This document shows, in pieces, positions 60,098-64,000 of a DNA stretch of 64,000 bases. The stretch is from Acidimicrobiia bacterium (GTDB lineage Bacteria > Actinomycetota > Acidimicrobiia > IMCC26256 > JAENVU01). Each line of letters opens with the position of its first letter. Position 1 is the stretch's first letter. Location: positions 6,541-70,540 of the forward strand of contig JANYJV010000010.1 in the NCBI GenBank assembly GCA_025361725.1, given 5' to 3'. The position numbers were made by a program, and so were the translations under genes. The notes below the pieces were generated by a model that ran no database searches, was not told the origin of the DNA, and saw only the letters and a list, made by a program, of their open reading frames with translations.

Positions 60098-60298
60098 CGA
60101 GCGGAAGTCAAGAACGAAGCGAGACCCACCGCACGCCTGCAGCCGTTCAACCAGCGAAGTGTGGCCCGAGCGGCCCGGCCCGCAGGGCCAAGAGCAGAAG
60201 TCAAGAACGAAGCGAGACCCACCGCACGCCTGCAGCCGTTCAACCAGCGAAGTGTGGCCCGAGCGGCCCGGCCCGCAGGGCCAAGAGCGGAAGTCAAG
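60098..60298. repeat. 93-bp tandem repeat (2 units) starting at the permease stop codon
   Basis: GAAGTCAAG at 60104, 60197 and 60290; near-identical units. Confidence 0.95.
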
Positions 60299-61109
60299 CG
60301 ACTTTGCGGTAACGACGGATGGACAACGGTGCGAATACGGCGATGATCGCGGCGATCCAGAGCAATGCGGAGACGACCTTGCCCGCCGTCGGTCCGCCCA
60401 ACGTGAGGACCCGAACCGCGTTGATCACCGCGGTCACGGGCTGGTGGTTCGCGAACGCTTGGAGCCAACCGGGCATCGTCTTCACCGGCACGAACGCTGC
60501 TGAGGCGAAGACGAGCACGGCCACGATCGGAAAGAACGCCGCCTGCGCGGTCTCGGCGTTCGGCGCGAGCAAACCGAGCAACGCCGACAGCCACGACAGG
60601 GCGTAGGAAAACAGCAGCACGATGGCGAGCGCACCGACGAGCGCGAGCGCGCTGGTGTGATAGTTGAAGCCGACCATGAATCCGACCGCGGTCATGACGA
60701 TCACGACGAAGACGTTCCGCACAAGATCTGCCGTCGTGCGTCCGACCAACACCGCCGAGCGGGCCATCGGGAGGGACCGGAACCGTTCGATCAATCCGGA
60801 TTGCAAATCCTCGGCGAGCCCCACTCCCGTGTTCAACGCTCCGAAGGTGACCGACTGAACCCAGACGCCGGCCATCAAGAAGTCGACGTACGGAATCCCA
60901 CCCCCCACATTGATCGCCCCACCGAACACGTAGCGGAACATCAGGACGAAGATGATCGGCTGCACGGTCGAGAACACGATCAGCTCGGGGTTCCGGGTGA
61001 GCCGCAGCAGGTTGCGCCACGTCATCGTGAGCGCGTCCCCCACGACCGAACCCGGATGCACACGGGCCTCGCGGCTCAACGTCGCCTGATCGACGGTCGT
61101 CGGGATCAT
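60294..61109 (-). CDS. ABC-2 permease (DrrB-like)
   Basis: QPIIFVLMFRYVFGG, G..ERFRSLPM, S.AFVP...MP.WLQ.FA..QP. Confidence 0.92.
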   Translation of the reverse strand: MIPTTVDQATLSREARVHPGSVVGDALTMTWRNLLRLTRNPELIVFSTVQPIIFVLMFRYVFGGAINVGGGIPYVDFLMAGVWVQSVTFGALNTGVGLAEDLQSGLIERFRSLPMARSAVLVGRTTADLVRNVFVVIVMTAVGFMVGFNYHTSALALVGALAIVLLFSYALSWLSALLGLLAPNAETAQAAFFPIVAVLVFASAAFVPVKTMPGWLQAFANHQPVTAVINAVRVLTLGGPTAGKVVSALLWIAAIIAVFAPLSIRRYRKVA

Positions 61110-62065
61110 GCCGGCACCTCCGCGTCTTCTGCCTCAGCCGAATGACCGGTGAGTTCGAGGAAGACGTCGTCCAGGGTCGGCTCTCGAACGGCGAGCGCTT
61201 CCACGTCGATGCCGGCAGCGTCCAGCGCGCGCACCGCGGCGATCACGGCCGGGCCGCTGTCCGCCACCTGGATCGCCACGCCGTTCGCAGTGTCGGCCAG
61301 CGCGACCTCACCGACCGAGGCGAGTGCACCACGCGCCCGGTCGATCTGGGCGAGGGGAACGTTGACCTCGATGTGGGTGGAACCGAGCCGGCCCTTCAAC
61401 TCCGTGGCTGTGCCCTCGGCGATGACCTGGCCGTGATCGATGACGACGATCTGATCCGCGAGGCGGTCCGCCTCTTCGAGGTATTGGGTGGTGAGCAGCA
61501 CCGTGGTGCCGTCGGCGACGAGTTCGCTGATGATCGCCCAGAGATCCAGCCGAGAACCGGGGTCGAGACCCGTGGTCGGTTCGTCGAGGAACAAGATCGG
61601 TGGACGGTGGACCAGGGCCGCGGCGAGGTCCAGCCGGCGGCGCATGCCGCCCGAGTAGGTCTTGAGCGAGCGGTCGCCGGCATCCGACAGTCCGAACCGC
61701 TTGAGCAGTTCCTCGGCGCGGGCGCCAGATTCGTCCTTCGGCAGATGACACAGCCGTCCAACCAACCGAAGGTTTTCCCGTCCGGTGAGCACTTCGTCGA
61801 CCGCCGCGTACTGGCCGGCGAGCCCGATCCGCAGCCGCACCGACTCCGGGTGCTTGGCCACATCGATGCCGAGGACCGAAGCTCGTCCCTCCGAGATCGG
61901 CAGAATCGTGGTGAGGATGCGTACCGCCGTCGTCTTCCCCGCGCCGTTCGGCCCGAGGAGTCCGAGCACGGTGCCGGCTTCCACCTCGAAGGAAACCCCG
62001 TCGAGCGCCACAACGTCCCCGAAGCGCTTCCGGACGTCTTGGACCACGATCGTTGCGTCAGCCAT
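61106..62065 (-). CDS. ABC ATP-binding protein (DrrA-like)
   Basis: GPNGAGKT, YSGGMRRRLD, LDEPT, TTQYLEEAD. Confidence 0.93.
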   Translation of the reverse strand: MADATIVVQDVRKRFGDVVALDGVSFEVEAGTVLGLLGPNGAGKTTAVRILTTILPISEGRASVLGIDVAKHPESVRLRIGLAGQYAAVDEVLTGRENLRLVGRLCHLPKDESGARAEELLKRFGLSDAGDRSLKTYSGGMRRRLDLAAALVHRPPILFLDEPTTGLDPGSRLDLWAIISELVADGTTVLLTTQYLEEADRLADQIVVIDHGQVIAEGTATELKGRLGSTHIEVNVPLAQIDRARGALASVGEVALADTANGVAIQVADSGPAVIAAVRALDAAGIDVEALAVREPTLDDVFLELTGHSAEAEDAEVPA

Positions 62066-62168
62066 GGCGCCGAGTTTCGCAGACCGGCTGCGAACGACTG
62101 GCGTCCTGAACCCACTGTTCATTCGGATCGGGGAACAGAGCGCAGGTGCCCTAGGTTCACCCTCCAAC

Positions 62169-64000
62169 ATGCAGATGCACCAGACCATGATGGGTTTTCG
62201 CCGGGATCCTGACGTCGTGAACGGCGCGCGGGTCGAACGCGCCCTCATTCGCCGGGTTCTCGGGATGACGAGTCCGTACCGCACTGCGCTCATCGGGTTC
62301 CTCATCACCGTCGTGCTCTCGGCTGCGGTGGGTGTCGTTCCGTCTTTGCTGTTCCGGTCGCTGCTGGACGATGCCGTCGGATCCAGGGACAAGGCCCTCG
62401 TCCTGGGCCTGGCCATCGCCGCAGTCGGCGTAGCGCTCGCCAATGCAACCCTGAGCCTCCTGCAGCGCTTCTACTCCGCTCGGGTCGGTGAAGGGCTCAT
62501 TTACGACATGCGGGTTGCGCTCTTCGACCACGTGCAGCGACTCCCGATCTCCTTCTTCACCCGGGTGCAGACCGGCGCGCTCATGAGCCGCATCAACGGC
62601 GACGTCGTCGGCGCGCAGCAAGCCGTGACGAACACCATCGGAACTGTGGTGCAGAACGTCATCACCCTGACTATCACCCTTGGACTGATGGTTGCGCTGG
62701 AATGGCGGCTCACGCTCCTCACGCTCGTCGTGCTTCCTGCTTTCATCATCCCGGCCCGCCGCATCGGCCGAAAGCTTCAGGTCATCACTCGTGACGGGTT
62801 CATGGTCAACGCGTCGATGAGCAACACGATCGCGGAACGGTTCAACGTGGCGGGCGCACTCGTCGTGAAGCTGTTCGGTCGTCAGGATCGCGAGCGCGAC
62901 GAGTTCTCCACTCGGGCCGCACAGGTCCGGGACATCGGTATCGCGTCGGCGATGTACTCACGCGTGTTGATGGTGGCCCTGGGGTTCGTCGCGGCGGTCG
63001 GAACCGCGGTCGTGTACTTCGTCGGCGGCCGGCTGGTCATCAGCGGCACGATCTCGATCGGAACCCTCGGCGCGATGACCCTCCTGGTCTCCCAGATCTA
63101 CCAGCCGCTCACGCAGCTGACGAACGCCCGGGTGGACGTGCTGACCGCGCTCGTCAGCTTCGAGCGGGTCTTCGAAGTCCTCGACTTCCCCGCCCTCGTC
63201 GCCGAGAAACCGGGTGCGTACGACCTGATCGATCCGACCGGCCGGATCGAGATCGATCACGTGTGGTTCCGCCATCCGGCCCCGGCCGTGTCGTCGCTGG
63301 CGTCCCTGGAAGAAGGCATGCCCGAACTCGAGACCGAACCGAGCGAGTGGATCTTGCGCGACGTGAGCCTGACCGTCGAGCCTGGAGAACTCATCGCGCT
63401 CGTCGGTCCGTCCGGCGCGGGCAAGACCACGACGGCGATGTTGGTGCCCCGCATCTCGGACGTCGAGCAGGGCAGCGTGCGCCTCGACGGTCACGACGTG
63501 CGTGACCTCACCCTCTCGTCGATCGGCGACGCCGTCGGGTTCGTCATGCAGGACCCCCACCTGTTCCACGACACGATCCGCGAGAATCTGCGATACGCGA
63601 AGCCCGATGCAACTGCCGGTGAGATGGAAGATGCGTGCCGTGCCGCGCGCATCCACGATCTCGTGATGTCGTTGCCGGACGGGTACGACACCATCGTCGG
63701 CGAGCGGGGCTACCGGATGTCGGGCGGCGAGAAGCAACGGCTCGCCATCGCACGCGTGCTGCTGAAGCAACCGGCCATCGTCATCCTCGACGAAGCCACA
63801 TCACATCTGGACTCCGAGTCCGAACATGCGATCCAGCGGGCCCTCGACGCCGCGTTGACCGGACGCACCGCGATCGTGATCGCGCACCGCCTCTCGACCA
63901 TCGTCAACGCCGATCGCATTCTCGTCATCAACGAGGGCCAGGTCGTGGAGCAGGGCACTCACGACGAACTGCTCGCACGCGGTGGCCTGTACGCGGACCT
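62169..64000 (+). CDS. ABC exporter (TMD+NBD), runs off the window edge
   Basis: Manual translation MQMHQTMMGF...GEGLIYDMRVALFDHVQRLP...GPSGAGKT...MSGGEKQR...ILDEATSHLD...AHRL. Confidence 0.93.
   Translation, partial: MQMHQTMMGFRRDPDVVNGARVERALIRRVLGMTSPYRTALIGFLITVVLSAAVGVVPSLLFRSLLDDAVGSRDKALVLGLAIAAVGVALANATLSLLQRFYSARVGEGLIYDMRVALFDHVQRLPISFFTRVQTGALMSRINGDVVGAQQAVTNTIGTVVQNVITLTITLGLMVALEWRLTLLTLVVLPAFIIPARRIGRKLQVITRDGFMVNASMSNTIAERFNVAGALVVKLFGRQDRERDEFSTRAAQVRDIGIASAMYSRVLMVALGFVAAVGTAVVYFVGGRLVISGTISIGTLGAMTLLVSQIYQPLTQLTNARVDVLTALVSFERVFEVLDFPALVAEKPGAYDLIDPTGRIEIDHVWFRHPAPAVSSLASLEEGMPELETEPSEWILRDVSLTVEPGELIALVGPSGAGKTTTAMLVPRISDVEQGSVRLDGHDVRDLTLSSIGDAVGFVMQDPHLFHDTIRENLRYAKPDATAGEMEDACRAARIHDLVMSLPDGYDTIVGERGYRMSGGEKQRLAIARVLLKQPAIVILDEATSHLDSESEHAIQRALDAALTGRTAIVIAHRLSTIVNADRILVINEGQVVEQGTHDELLARGGLYAD

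Noticed and set aside
58583-60298. Tandem repeats as a CRISPR array
   Set aside because: The units are 93 and 156 bp, near-identical throughout with no unique spacers, and there are no cas genes.

Overview
GC-rich bacterial chromosomal DNA. The gene set, the many apparently leaderless genes (TANNNT 6-9 nt before the start codon) and a Gram-positive-type SOS box point to an actinobacterium, probably Acidimicrobiia-like (inference). Positions 1-7300 are a decayed IS-rich island: IS256 inserted into an IS4 remnant, an ISAzo13 fragment, and IS6 truncating an ABC1 kinase, with GGDEF, methyltransferase, DsbA-like and DUF302 cargo. The rest is mostly metabolic. It includes an esterase/P450/amidohydrolase cluster (7.5-16 kb) and a carbohydrate-like cluster with a PmoA-family protein, a DUF2264-like::glycosyltransferase fusion and a heparinase-like lipoprotein (19-27 kb). 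It also has an FGGY kinase plus sphingosine-1-phosphate-lyase pair, a pgi-gnd-zwf-rpiA operon, several ABC exporters and a divergent FtsH-like protease. The best candidate for a new system is the tightly coupled three-gene operon at 36636-39424: an SPPY-type DNA methyltransferase fused to a degenerate PD-(D/E)XK-like domain, a small acidic protein, and a putative REase-like nuclease. A perfect CGAAC-N4-GTTCG LexA-type box lies directly after its -10 element. The second highlight is a family of modular palindromic repeats, one of which is inserted in frame and read as the same peptide in two unrelated genes. No rRNA, tRNA or CRISPR array was seen. All family assignments come from recognised motifs, not database searches.
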